A stretch of 64,000 nucleotides of DNA from Amoebophrya sp. A120. Taxonomy: Eukaryota; Protista; Dinoflagellata. Of this stretch, positions 11,101-24,911 are shown piece by piece (position 1 is the stretch's first letter; every line of letters begins with the position of its first letter). The position numbers were made by a program, and so were the translations under genes. The DNA lies in the NCBI GenBank assembly GCA_905178155.1, contig CAJINV010000008.1, forward strand, positions 310,001 to 374,000, written 5' to 3'. Under the pieces are notes generated by a model that searched no databases, was not told the origin of the DNA, and saw nothing but the letters and a program-made list of their open reading frames with translations.

Positions 11101-14100
11101 ATTGTGTTGTCGTCGAAGAAAGTCAAGTGGTCCCTGGCGTTGCCCGAGTTTTGTCTTCGGTACATCAAGTTGCTAGTACCGCTACTCTTGTTGTACCCGC
11201 CCTTGCCTCCGTCGTGGTGATGTGCCGGTGTGGCGGGGCCCCAACTGGTGGTGGACAGCGCACGGCTCTTGGTAGTCTGTTCTTTATCTTTCGCACTTGC
11301 TTGCTGCTGGTAACTAGTACCTCCTCCTGGTGGTCCGCCTTTGCTCGAAGCCGATGCGGTCGGCCCCCCGGCAGAAGATGATGTTGCCTTCTTGTGCGTG
11401 TTCGTGGGTGGTGCTGGTCCCATCTCACGACTGTAGTCGATCTGGATGAACCCTTTTGCTCCCGTCGACCTTGACGTTCCGTCCGGATTCAGATCGCCCC
11501 CCGTGAGGTGATCTCCGCTGCCCGACTTTGAGCTGCCAGGAAGGTCCTCCATCTCGGAAAGGGAAGAGTCCGGGCCGGCGTTTTGTACCACCAGAACATC
11601 CTCACGACGACCGGAGGGAGTCGTGTGCTTGTTTCCCGCCACATGCTGAGTGTTATCGTGGTTCGTGTTTGACGTCATCATCTTTTCCGGTATGGACCTG
11701 GGTGTATTGCTCGACGTTTGTTCACCCCCGGAGGCACTGTTACTTGTCTCCGACACAAACCCGGCCGCGCCCGGCGTTCGTGGCCCTCCCTGCTTTCTGC
11801 TGCTGGTCGGTTGCCCTTTGGCCAAGCCGCCCGCGGTTGCCCGCTCCGAACTTGGGCGGGCCGAGGTGGCGGACGAGGTAGACTGCTCTGGCAAGGTGCT
11901 GATCGGAGCAGGAAGTGGCAACTGATGTGTCTCATCCTCACCGGAACTTGGGTTGTAGGTGGCGCGATCCTTTGGACCCTGCACCGGCGAGGGGATCAAT
12001 CCACCCGGTGACTGTGGAGGTGGTGACTTTGCGCTTGTTTCTTCCTTGATATCATCTGCCACCTTGTCTTTCTGGTGTTCTCCACCTCCTGCTTCACCAG
12101 AAGTCGATAATTGCAGCTGCCGCTCCTTGTCATCGACATTCTGGTTGGAGGTAGAAGTTGTGCCCTCCACTTTGCTCCTGTTCGCGTTCCGGGCAGCGGC
12201 CCGGTCACGAATGCTCTGCGCATTGACCCGCTTCGAGAATTGCTCGTGCCAGACCTTCAGCTCTGTCCCTATTTCATCGCGACCCTGCTTCAGCTTCTCC
12301 TGTGTGTCTTTGTGCTTGTTGCTTGTTCGCGTTTTGCTCCCGTCGTACGCGGCCGAAACCCGGTCCATTTTCCCCGCCATATTGAACTTAGTGCTTGCTC
12401 CGGGAGGAGGCAGTGTTGCCTTGTTTCCGGGCGAAGGATGTGCTTGTTGTCCACCGAATTTGCTACTTCTCAAGCCCAGCTGTGCAGCTGCAGCCCCTGG
12501 AAAGTCGTCGTACCGCTGCTGTTCAAGATCATACGCCGTTTTGTTCTTCCAGTACTGGTCCATTAAGTTCTTGCCGAACACATCTTTTCCGTGGCGCGTT
12601 TGGGGCCCCAACTCGAGCGCCATGGCATTGATGTTATTCAGGGGCTGCCTGTTGCCCGTCCGGGCGTAGGCACTTTCGCTGCCCGAACCTGAACCGGAAG
12701 CAGGCTGTTGACTATCAACGTCGCGATCCGACGCCCTCTGCGGTATCTCGGGAAGGGGCGCAGAGAGCTTGGCTCTTCGATTTGTCGTGTTTGTCGCCTC
12801 CTGCTGATGTTGTTGACCAGTACGCGGGGGCTTGTTCGAAGATCCTTGTCCAGCGTTGTCTCCGTCTTTTTTCTGGACCGCAGAGGCACTACTAGTTGCG
12901 CTCTTGCTATTCGCTGCAGTGCTGGTGAAGCTCGGAGACAGTGGCTTGTTCACTAGCTTTCGGCTTTTGGTTTGTTTCTGCTGAGAACTAGTACCCTGCA
13001 GGTTACTAGTCGACGAAGCCGCAGACGACCCTGCTATGGGCGTCGGCGGTATAACTGGGATGCGTGCCTGCTGCTGCTGTTGCGATGTTGAAGGTTGCTG
13101 CTGATTGAACAGATCATACTGCGGCCGGGTCGTGGTCTGCTTTTGTTCCGCCGGCTGGCCCTGCTGCTGATAAGTTCCTAGCAGCGTTTTGTTCTTCGAG
13201 CTGGGGTCCACCAGACCCGCGAGAGTCTTGTTATTGTGGACCGCCGCCGCCTGCTGCATCCCTGCACCTGAAGCGCTCAGAAGCGACATCTCATCCTCCG
13301 CGTCCACCGCAGCCGCCGGGCGATGGGTACGACGGGTGCTAACGCCTCCGTACTGGTCCGCGGTTCTCTCCATATCAGCATCCATCAAGAAAAGATCCGC
13401 GACCAATGAAATGTGGTCTGAAGGCCAGTCGGCATTTGGCATGGACCGCGTGGGGTGCGTATTCCACTGCTCGCACGACAAACGCTCTTCGTCGAAAATT
13501 TGCAAAACTTGAGCCACCGCAAAGGGTCTCGTAAACAAAATCTTGTCCAACTCACCGCAAGAGTGGTACCTGTTGTAAGTACATGTTTTTTTTCGCTCAT
13601 TCTACTTTAGCTTTACGACCAAACACATTCACGATCGTGAGGCTTTTAAAGATCAAATAACTTTAAAAATTTCATTTTGCTTTTTTCTGGCGAAACATCA
13701 CAAAACAAATCTTTACGTGTCGTTATGGGCCGTGGTGACCGATTTTTCTCCGTTTTCCATGACTGATTCGTCGTTCAGGACGAAAGCGTCGTAAGCGGAG
13801 TCGAACTTTTCAAAGACGCACCGCGTTTCGTCCCTGATACCGTTCAAGTCCCCGACTATCAGCACTATCGCACGAAAAAAGTGTTACAGTTACACATTTG
13901 TTGTCAATTCAGCAACACAAATTTCCCTGCAGGAGAGAGAAAACCTGCAATGCAGAAATCCTACGGGAAAACACCTGTGAAAGGAGGCTCCTATGCATAT
14001 CCGGCATGACAGAGCTTGTCTGTCTTGCTTGGCCTGCAACGCAATGTGTAACTGTAACACTTTTTTCTCAGGATAAGCACCGGACGAGAATTACTGTCGT

Positions 14101-17100
14101 CCTCTTTCTGTTGTTGATCTCGCTTTTCGCGAGGAGAGGCAACGCCTTTATTCCTACCGTGGTCAGGAACTTGCTCCTCAACACGCGACGTATCCTTGTC
14201 TTTAAGGTCTTTCCCTTCTGTCATCTGGTGCGTCGCGTTACCTTCCGCGACGGGTGTGCGACCACCGCTTGAGCCGACCGGACTTGGCGCGACCTGTGTC
14301 GGTGGAGTCTCATCTGTCGCATTGTTGCTAGGATCGTCCGCGGCCTGGTCTTCCTCGGCAGAAGGGTTCTTCTTGGTTGCGGGAGCCGTTCCAGCATCGG
14401 AAGACGTGTTGCCATCCGGCGTTCTTTCCTGATTGATTTCCACGGAGCTGCTGGTCCCGGTTGGGCTGGGATCCATGGTTGTGCTGGTTTCCTGCGTCAT
14501 GTCAGCCCCACTCTTGCTGTGCTGGGCTGTCGCGGGATGATCTCTGGATGAACTAGTGGTCGTGGTCACAGTGGCTGATGTAGCGGTCGCTCCTGCCCCA
14601 TTCTCGGCAACTACCTTGTTCAGACTGGACGTTGCGGTGGTGCTGCTCGTCGTGTTGCTGACGGTATTCGTATTTTCTGTGCCCGGCTTGGTGGAGGTTT
14701 CTTCGCTTTCTTTTTCGCGCCCCCGACCCGCCCCCGCAAGCAGCTCTTGCTGGCTCAGATCATCGTCCTCCGGGGACGTTTTTGCGTGCGGGTCCAGCAC
14801 CGTCGAGGCTGGGGAGGATTTCGCTGTCGTCTTGCCGTCACCGACGCCTTTGCCTGGTACTGGGGGTGCGGGCAGCGCAAGCTTGGGAATTGCATTTGGA
14901 CTAGTACTTGCAGTTTCCCTCCTGTGCACGTTGTGCCGGTTGTTGCCAATCAGCTCGCACGCCCGCTGCACGTCCAGGGCCGGGGCCATGCCGGCGACAT
15001 GTGTGTTGACCAGGTCGAACTCTTTTCCCTGGAATCGAAATTTGCAGCGCTGCTGCAGACCACCAAACGAGGTCATATGCTGCGAGACCCCGTCGCGGCC
15101 CTTGTGCGGCGTCAGGAAAATATTCTCTGGTTGCCCGATCAGCTTGAGCTTGCCACTACCTTCCTTATACAGCACTAGCAGCATATCCTTTGAATTCTCG
15201 GTGCGCCGATCTGTTGTAAGAAGGTAAGAAAGGAGTACAACGCAGCCAGTAATTTGTCTATGAGGATCCGGTTCTTCTTCTTCCCTATATGCAGTGATGC
15301 TCCAACTATAAAAACTACATTTCATCATAGAACAAAACTTTTACCTTTGTTGTATTGGAAGTGGAGCGGTGAAAATGACAAAAATAAATTATGCACCTTT
15401 CTCCAACCAAAATAAAATAAAAAATGATTATACGCGAAGTGGCGACTTTGTATCCACATGTCTTCATCCGGTCTTGTAGTTCAACCACGTGGTTGTGATC
15501 GATCTCCTGGAGGCAGATAATGTCGGCCTCCCATCGCTCCAGCTCTTGTGCGATGAGTTGAAACCGCAGCGGCCAACTGAAACAGTCGCCGCGGCCCTCC
15601 TCGAGCACAACAAATTGGAAGTTAAACTGGTCCGACAAGTGTTGCGACAGTAGGTTAAAAGACATCACACGCAGAAGATCCTTGCGCCGCATCAGCTTTT
15701 TCCTAGGTGTGCTATTGTTGCTGGTGGCGTCCATCTCCGCGAGATTCATCGCGCTCACGGGCCTGTGACTGGGCGATCCAGGGACCGCGCAAGGTAACCA
15801 CTTGCGCGCGCGCAAAGTGCCGGGCACCGCGGGAGACAACTTTTCGGAGTACTGCTTTACCATGTTGTACGCTTTCTGGTAGGGGTCGAGAAATTTCGAA
15901 AACGAGAGGTTGCGGTCCTCTCGGAAAGTGCGCTTGTAGAGGTCCCACAACATCCGCATGTTCAGTGTGTAACTGTGTACCTCTCGCCACGGCGCGGATT
16001 CCTCTATTCGCTGCCGAACTTTCGCGACGTACCTGTGCGTATTTTGATTTTTTACGTTCACAAGTTGTAAGTATGATCATAAAAAAACTTTTCGTCTGCA
16101 GCAGGTAATGCTTGTACATCTACATTTGTGCGAAGGAGAAGCTTATTTTTCTTTACGAGGGCGACAAGAATGTGAGCACTAATCCAATGTGCTCCATGTC
16201 GTCCACATTCTTACGGATGCGAACATTATCCGCTGCGGCTTGGCGATATCCATGATGATAAAATCTTCGTGTACTTCCTCAAGAGCGAGCGCGATCATGC
16301 AATTATGTCGATATTACTGCAGGTCACAGACATACCATCGCTCCACTTGGTCTGCGGTCCAGTCGAAGTAGGGGGCAGCAAGATCCATGCAATTCTGCAC
16401 GTTTCCGTCAAGCGGTCCTTGGCCGAGCATTGGGTCGTTTGGATCTCTCCACAACAGCAGCGGCGTCTCGACTTGCAACCTTCCAGAGATCTTCCCCATG
16501 CCGGCCAGCCGCGTGGGGGTTCCGTTTCTGTAGGATCGCGGCAGAGGAATGCAGATTCGAAGGCTCGTGTTCGGGTCAAACACGAACTCCATGGCAAGCG
16601 CATCAAACATGTGCTCCCCCGCCATGTTTTCACCCTTGCTAAGCGTTGTTGGCGCGTTGTGCAACATCCCGCTGAGCGGGGTCCCGAGGGGGCCAGTAGC
16701 TTGCTGGTACATCAAATTTGGTACGTCGGGAGCAAAGCGTGGGAACATGGCCGGAGTAAGATGCGAAAACTGATGGCTCGTCGGGGTGGTCGTCGCTACA
16801 CACCCGAGCTGCTGTGCGTTCGCTGGGCCTAGTTGATGGCCGCCCTGCTGCACCGCCTGCTGTTGTACCACGGCTGCGCTATACATATTGCCCGCGAGCA
16901 GCCCGAGCATGCTTCCTGCAGCGTTGCTTCCCTGGGCCGCGGGCGTTTGTCCTCCGCCTCGTTGCTGTTGATTCTGAAGCTGCAGCAACAACTGGAGCTG
17001 CGCATTCACCGAATTATTGCTCGCGGCTGCCGCATTCAGCTGTTGAACTCCGCCAGCAGCACCAGTAGAGGTTCCGCTCAGTTGTTCTCGCTGCTGCGGC

Positions 17101-20100
17101 TGCAGGAGCAGGTTGGGGTTCTTCTCCAGCATCAACGACATTTGGGCACTGTTGAGGACGTTGCCTGCGAGAGTGGAATTGCTAGTACCACCGCTTGCGC
17201 CGCCGCTCGGAACTGCACCTTGCTGCTGCACTGCGGGAATTGGCAGTGTAAGCTGCGCTCCTCCTATCTGCGCCTGGTCTATCCCGCCAGTCTGCTGGTG
17301 CGATGAAAGGTTCATCTGTGGTGAGGATCCAGAAGCAACGTTAACATGGTAAGTAAAATCTTTAAAACGAAACCGCCATCGGATCTTGTTGGCATAAAGG
17401 AAGTTCCAAAAAATGAATCCAAAGCCAAACTCAATTTATAATTATACTACTTGCGTAAAAACTAGCATCATTTTCTTACCCCTGGTGCAAGTGGCGCTGC
17501 CCCCGCAAAGCCACTGGCGGCTCCGGCGTTTGCAGTCCCATTTGTCTGGGGTGCTATGAGAGGAATCAACGGCATAGCTCCTCCAAGCGATCCGGCCCCG
17601 GTGGGAGTACCAGCGGCGACGGTCTGGAGCAGTTGCGCTGCTAACACACCTCGGCCATCGTCCAAAGGCGGTAGGGGCTCGGTCTTCAGCAAATCATCCA
17701 GTGCGGGCACGGTGGGTACAACACTTGCTGCAGCGTTGTTTCCTGTGGCGGTCGCGCCCAGCAGGGGGCCTGTGGACGTTGACGCGCCAACTGCCGGGGC
17801 TGCATTGTCGTTCGTCCCCGCGAGTGCCGGCTGGTCCACACCGGGCGCCGGCAAGCCTGGGTCAGAATTCTGCGACTGCCGCATGGCCTCCATCATTCTT
17901 TGCTGCTGCTCGAAAATCTTGTTCTGCTTCTCTTTATTAGTATCCCCGGTTGTACTTGAGGAAGAGGGTGCGGCGCTCCCTGGTGGTACATCGTCGCTTC
18001 CTGTTTGCAGGGCGGTCGTAGTCGTGCGCGAACCTCCCATTGATCCTGCAATCGCGCCGCCAAGCGCGCCGGGCTGCAACGGAGTGCCTGTAATAAATAT
18101 TGTAATTGTGGAATAAAAATCTAGATCTAGACGAACTCAATGACGTTTCCATGGACAAGCGAATCTCGATGTAAAGCTGGAATCACCGGAAAAGAAAATG
18201 AAAATGATGAAGTATCATGCTGCAGCAGTGTAATATATTGATGTCCATCTTAATCTTGTTCTCGCGTCTACAGGTACAAAGAGTAAAGAAATATACCTTG
18301 CAGAAGACCACCGATACCCAATGTAGTGCCCGTACCGCCGAGCTGCTGCTGTAAGCTTTGCGAGAGCCTTTGCTGGCCGCCGGGGATTTGTAAAAGCTGT
18401 GCTGTGAGGTAGTTTTTCTCTGCCTCGAGCTGGTGTGACTGACGGAGGAGTGAGGCACTGTCATTGGCCGGCTGCACCAGTGGATCCTGCAACAGTTGCT
18501 GTTGCTGGTTACCAGCGGCTAGCATCGTTTGTTGCTGCTGCTGCTGATCCGAACTTGCTGAGTTCGCTGACGGAAGCTGGATGGTGTTAGTCATGCTCGT
18601 TAACACGTCCAGCAATGCCTTATTCGCGCCTAAACCTGACGCCGTGGCGGACGAGGGAGCTCCTCCTGCAGAGAGGCTGGTTGATGTAGCGCCAGGGCCA
18701 GTGTTGCCATTGGTTCCCAATAGACCACCACCTCCTTGGTTCTTTGCAGAAGTGTTGTTCCCAAAAACCGCTTGCTGTTCCGTATTCTGCGTTGGTTGCT
18801 GCGCGAGTATTACCTGAAGCAAAGCGTTCACGTCCAACGACAAGTGTTGTGCTTGTGGCTGATTCGGCAAGCTCACCTGGAGCATCCCGGTTGTTGGGTC
18901 TATCTGCATTACTGGGTTCGTGCCAGTCGTTGATGAGCCCCCCGCTTGGTGGTTGTTTCCCGCTCCTGGTTGCTGCCCGCTGGCAGTTGCTGCGGCGAGC
19001 TGTTGAAGAAGCTGGGTCTGGTGGTGATCGTGGTGCTGCATGCTTCCACCACTTGCGGTCGGCGTTGTTGACACGTTCTGCTGCGGAAACTGGAAGGCAT
19101 TCAAGTTCAACGGCATGTTATTTGCACCGATAGGACCACCGGAGGGCGTGGCCCCGCCAGTTGCGGCTACATGATTCACAATTTGCTGCTGCTGTCCTAA
19201 AACTTGCTGCTGCAAATTGCTGGCAGGCAAAGCAGTTACGCCTCCCGTAGGAGCTCCCTGCAGATGTGCGGGTCCGCCCGCCAACATGGACGTAGTGAGC
19301 CCACCCGACGAGCTGGAGGTATTATTGTTACTGTCTTGATTTATGATGCCTGCATTGCCAAGCAGAAGCTGTGCTGCGTTGGTTGGGCTGGCCGCCACAT
19401 TCAGGTTTCCATGTTGCATTTGCTGGAGCAAATTGCTCAGTAGAGCCCCCGAATTCAATGCTGCCTGATTGGACGCCGCGCCGGCCTGCTGCAGTCCAGT
19501 GCCTCCTCTCCCGATGGTATTTGTGTTGCCCCCGGGGTTTGCCGAGCCACCTCCTCCGGAAAGCCAGTTGGTCGCGAGAAGGGCAGCGAGCTGTTGCTGG
19601 TTTAGGTTTTGCGTATTCAAGTTCTGCAAATTATTTAGGCTGTGGCTAGTATTGTTCCCCATGTTGACGTTGTTGCCCGCTCCACCAAACTGCTGCTGTT
19701 GGTGCTGACTTTGGCTTTGAAAATCAAGCTGTGTGTGGCCTCCGCCTGGCGGCATACCGTAGAGCCCGTGATTGCCCTCTCCCGCACCTCCTTGCAGTGG
19801 GTGTGCGGCGGGGGGCGGCGTCACATAGCTCTGGTTGTTACTACCTCCGTAATTATTATACCCGCCAGCGTGGTTACCCTTGGTGTGATTGCTGCCGCCA
19901 TCGACGTTATAGCCTCTACCATGTTGGTCATTATTGGTTTTCCCTCTATTCTGGTTCTTTCCACGTCCTGCTGTGCCACCATTTGCGTTCCACTGATGCG
20001 AATCTGTTTGGATATTTGGATAATTTGTATACTGATACTGTTCGAGCTTTCAGATTGAGCGGGCGCATTCTCTTTTTTCTTCCATGATCACTAAAAGATG

Positions 20101-21283
20101 CATGCAATGATTTGACTTGAGAAGCAAAACTGCACGCAGGAGAAAAAAATCACGGTACCTCCGCGATTTGGTTTGTTGCTATTTCCGCTGGCACCTTGGG
20201 TCGTGTAGTCCTTGCGCTGCTTTACAGGTGGTTGTGGCATTTCTTGATTCCAACCTCCAGCATGGGAACTGCTCGATGCACTGGCCACGTTCCACGAGTT
20301 GTCACCATCATTTGACCAGTGCCCGGCGTGCTGGTGCTGGTGTGACCTGTTCGTAGTATATTTTGGATGTGCATAAGGGAAACGGAAACTCAAGCTTTTG
20401 GATTTGCATAAGTTTTGATGATATAGTTCTAGGCCTTTCACATTTTCATTCTCTTTCTCTCTGCTCTGGAATTAGCGCTCTTAACCAGCGCGAAAAAAAG
20501 AGTGAAAAAGCCAGAAAGGCTCTTGAGACGCATTGGCGTCGGCCTCCATGCACGACACACGACATGCCGACAAAGAACTAACAAGTCAAGATCATGGAAA
20601 CTAAAAAATTAAAAATCGGTGACATCGAAGTCACAATTTAGATTTTTAATACGCGTATGACCCCATGGCCGAACTTGTGTCATCTTGCCAATTCCCCGTC
20701 GATATATCCTGATATTGTTGATACATAGAGGTTGGCGCGCCTGCGTTTCCACCCCGATTGTTTCCACCAACAGACCTCCCTTTGGTGTTCATGTTTTTGT
20801 TTTTTGGCGTGGTTGTCTTGCCGCCCGGCACCTGGTGGCTCGGTCCATTCCCGCCCTTCGGACTTATGTTCGTGTTTTGGTTCCCCACACCGGCATGCTG
20901 TATAATGAATATTCATAACCCAAAATTATCATATGTGCCGAATGAATTAAGCAACATCATGATTAAAAACATTCGTAGTGAAGAAAACGGCGGGTTTTCT
21001 CACCGTCACGCCAGCAGCATCCTGAATTAAATGATAGGAGAGGTCAAGCTCAGCCCATGCCAGCGAGCTGAATTTGTACAGCTGGATCACGCGTAAATTG
21101 AAATTTGAATACGTCTTATGCGTCCGAAATAAACTTAGAAATCAAAAAGCGCACCGAAGTCCAGTGTTGATTGCCGTCGTTCCAGGAGCTGCTATTTGCA
21201 ACGTTGCGCGAATTTTTATCGTAGCTGTTCTTTCCTCCGGCATGCGGTGTTGAAGAGGCTCCCGTGTTGGCGTAACTGGACAT
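8106..21283 (-). CDS. Very large low-complexity (Q/G/S/N-rich) protein with a CCR4/nocturnin/Angel-like endonuclease-exonuclease-phosphatase (EEP) domain; multi-exon
   Basis: EEP motifs occur in order: RVMSFNLL, W..R..LI..EL...ADIICLQEID (15315-16061 ORF), LVNTHV, VLIVGDLN (across element 13866-14075), LDKILF and MPNADWPSDHISLVADL. Several GT-AG introns are readable, including 8483-8652 joining a last exon with DDAEFPSL. Linkage of the exons upstream of about 20050 is uncertain. Confidence 0.7.
13866..14075. mobile_element. Introner-like TIR element (210 bp), non-canonical intron in the EEP domain
   Basis: TIR core gaaaaaagtgttacagttacacatt at both ends with TAT/ATA termini. TSD agcac at 13861-13865 and 14076-14080. 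Excision yields SRPVL|IVGDLNG. Confidence 0.92.
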
Positions 21284-23199
21284 TTTGTGCTTGGGCGAAG
21301 CACGAACGTCAATTCGATCCAATTACCCGCAAACCTTTTTCTCTGCGGTAATAGAGCCACGACTGCAGCCGATGCAGTTCCAACTGCAACTGTTATAATT
21401 CGTCAACTTAATCACACGGCATCCGCATCGTCTTCGACTTCGTCAAGAACTCTCGCATGAGAAAGGATCCGGCTAAAAAATATCCAAACCGTCATCCGCT
21501 CTGCCACCGGTAGAAGCGCAAATCGTCATCCATATAGTTTTTGCTTAACTTCACGGGGAAGTCGAAGTGAGGAAGGGATATGGGTAAAAAATTGTGCGGG
21601 TTTCGTGTCAATAAAATGGGTATCAAGATATTCAGTGAAAAGAATAAGAAATTGGCAAGAAGTAGTAGACGGTAGTCGTATATAAAAATGTTGTGGTCTC
21701 CGTCTCGGTCTCCGCGAAGAAATGGTTGTAGAAAATGCAGTTGGCACATCTACTAGTGGTTTTCATTTACATTGTCATGTCGCAGTTGGTCCAGAAGAAA
21801 GCTAGAGGCACTTGAGAATATCTTCCCCTAATCCGTTGATGCTAAGAAGCTAACTGCGTTCCTCGACCACGGCAATGATGTAAATCTACTGCTGGCTACG
21901 ATGTAAATACTCACTAGATGCGGGTAGGTGCCTTAATAGCGTTTTAGTGTTTATTGTAGTCTAATTTAATTGGAAATGGAAATTGTCTGAGTGTCAAAAA
22001 ATGACAAACACACAAAAAAAAAAAAATGTGTGAGCCGTTTGGTCCACCAGGAAGAGAAGGGATGGTCAGCGACGTTCGATGGCTCTATACCACAGAAAGT
22101 TGTCGACTGAAAGCCACGCCCACGCTTATTAATCCTGCACCTTGACTTTGTATCATCTGTGCCTTAATCGATTGTGCTACAACTACAAGCTAAAAAAAAC
22201 CACGTGTCGTATAATGTATAGGCCGTCCACATACCATAATTCAAGTCCAACCAACCTACTACAGGGAAAAGAAGTATTCTTTTATCATTTGCCGAAGAGT
22301 ATAAATGTTGAGCACAACTTCTTCAACAACGGAAAAATATTTAAGCCGTAGTTCTCAGGTTCATCCGTATACTTTTTGTAGTGGTTGACCGCCTGTGAAA
22401 AAGAAAGATAATAAAATGAGGTTTTTCCAAAAGCGCAATCCTTATTTGCTAGCCAGAAAAAGAACCATGATGATTTTTCACATTCTTGCTACCACCTACC
22501 ACTTTCATCTTTGTCTCGAGGAAGAAGTTGTGATCGTTTCTTATTTTGATGATTCAAATTCAGGAACATGGATTTAGTCGCTTTGGTTTCAGGCGGAGAT
22601 CTTCGGAACCGAGGCGCTTTGCTCTGCTCTTCTGTTGCATTCGTCTTTCACTTTCATCTTATTATGATATCTTGGTCTTGCTCAATTCACTAAAAATTTG
22701 ACTAGGACCCAATTTTATTTTGCACGTCCGCTTCGTCGGTCGCAACGACGTCTTCACGACGATCGCACGATCGAGGGGGTTCCACAACAATCAAACCGAG
22801 GATCGCGAGGAGCTCCATAAAAAAGATTTACATTTCATGATCTGCTTGTCTTCTCGTGCGCGTTTCTTATTTGGCACTTCATCACGATATTGGTTGTCTC
22901 ATCTACAAAAAAAGCATACATAGTGGAAAATGCAAGGGGCGCCGGAGTGCTGGGGTAAAAAACAGAAAAAAAAAGTGTAGCGAAAATTGAGTATGATGAA
23001 TGTCCGTAAGCCCTGCCACCTTCTATCGTATTTTTATCATTTCTGCAATCTTACAGCGTGGCCTGGTAATCATATTCTGTAGCTTCTTGCAAAGGGTGCC
23101 GCTCTACTGTGCTGCTACAGAAATATCGACTCCGATCTACCAGTCTGTCTAGAACTGTAAATGACTTGCAAAACTACGAGGGGTCAAGAGGTCTAATAC

Positions 23200-24058
23200 G
23201 CACAGGGAGGGCAGGGCTGTTGTTGGTTTTTCGAAAGACGTCGATGTGCATCAAAGCTGTCTCCGTGTAGGTGCGCAAAGTACCACGCACGATCGTTGCA
23301 TAGAAAAGCCACTCGATCTCGAAGTTCCAATACTTAATACTGTCTATGTTTTTTCTGTAATAAGTGAACGAAAGTCAGGTCTTCTTGTTTCTGTTTGCGC
23401 ACGAGTATATTTATAATCAAAATCATGCTCCAGTGTGAAAAAGGACGAACCGACGGGCACCATTTGTTGTCCATGGTGTCACAAAGTTTGAGCACACGAT
23501 CGGGAACGAGAGAGCACGGCATGCAAACAGACCGACTACTGCACAGCAATATTTGTTCGTTTGCTTTGGTTGCAAAGGCTGAGCCTAAGTTGTCTTCGTC
23601 ATGATACAGAAAGCTGCTCCAGGCGTGTGCCTGTCACGATCAACCGAGCGAGCGCGAAGTGTAACATCAATAAAAGAAACCGAGCGACTTTATTGTGTTT
23701 CCTAACAGATGCTAGTAAGTAGATCAATGCCGTCGTACTTCTTCTTCTCCTTCCTTGCAAGAACAGACCAAACACCGTTCCGATCAACGATATCAAACGC
23801 ATTATTGCTATCGTGTGCTTCGACTTTCATCAGCACGCTCAAACCGAGCTCCTGTCACTGGCAAGAAAAGAAGCGAAAATTTCAAGGCCACGAATAGCAG
23901 AAATCTTGATGTCTGATTTTTATTCGCTATATGCATTTCAATTTCTTGTTGTTGAAGCATCAGGATCATCAGCTTCTCGTTCTCATCCGTCATTAATACT
24001 CGCCCTTCGTCGCTGGCGTATCTCTATCTTCTGCAAATGCAGCACCGATCGATTCATG
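23200..24058 (-). CDS. Probable exons of a small multi-exon hypothetical gene; boundaries approximate
   Basis: Protein-like open stretches (LGLSVLMKVEAHDSNNAFDIVDRNGVWSVLARKEKKKYDG; AWSSFLYHDEDNLG...; WNFEIEWLFYATIVRG) separated by AT-rich intron-like gaps. Not fully assembled. Confidence 0.35.
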
Positions 24059-24911
24059 ACTGCGACTGCTTCAACAGGCGCGGGGGGCAGTGCAGCCTAT
24101 GCAGAAAGGACAGGGTGAAACAAGTATACGATAAAGCCACTGACCATAAAGAAGATCAGGCCCAGTAGAACTAGAACTAGAAAACAGAGTCGAGTGAGAG
24201 ACACAACAAATCAAAATGATGACATACTCGGTGCGTCGCCATAGCTACAGTCTGAGTCTGACTCATGTAGTTTATGATTAAATTGAGGTGGAAATACCCC
24301 CGCCAGCACCACTGCCCCCGCAATTAAATACTCGCTTGACCGAACGAAGCTACAGAGCGCCGTGTAATGACTATGAGTATTCAATCACAATCATATAAAC
24401 GAAATCTAGATCTACAAGAAGTGCTCGACTTTCTGCTTTTGCTTTTTACATGTGCATGTACATAATGTCAAGCTAGTATTGGGCCTTCTCACACTTTCGC
24501 GCGGTATCGAATGCCGTCCGATTTTCTTCTTCCGATGTTGTCGTGGGCAATGACCGTGTTGCGTGTTCCGCGTAGACTGCTTCGGTGCTGGCCCGGCTCG
24601 ACGACTGATCGTTCGTGTTTCTGGAAGTGTCAGTTACAAAATCTGCAAAGTGACAATAATTTGCGACACTCTGAAATGCGACCCAGAGTGTCACGCAGAG
24701 AAGACAAAAGAGACCGATTCGAACGACCCTGATGAGGCTCAATTGGGGGCTTGCCCTTTCTGAAGAGCGTGACAAGAGCGTACGACAGATGCAGTCTAGA
24801 CATGGACAAAATTATTCGTCACGCGTGGCCCCTTGGAACTGCAACTGGTGCCACTAAGTCCTCAAAATGGGATTTTTTTATGCAAAGAAATACAAATGCA
24901 CGGCAAACTTT

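Noticed and set aside
8641-19708. Numerous plus-strand ORFs of 60-240 aa
   Set aside because: They are antisense shadows of GC-rich, low-complexity minus-strand exons with no motifs.
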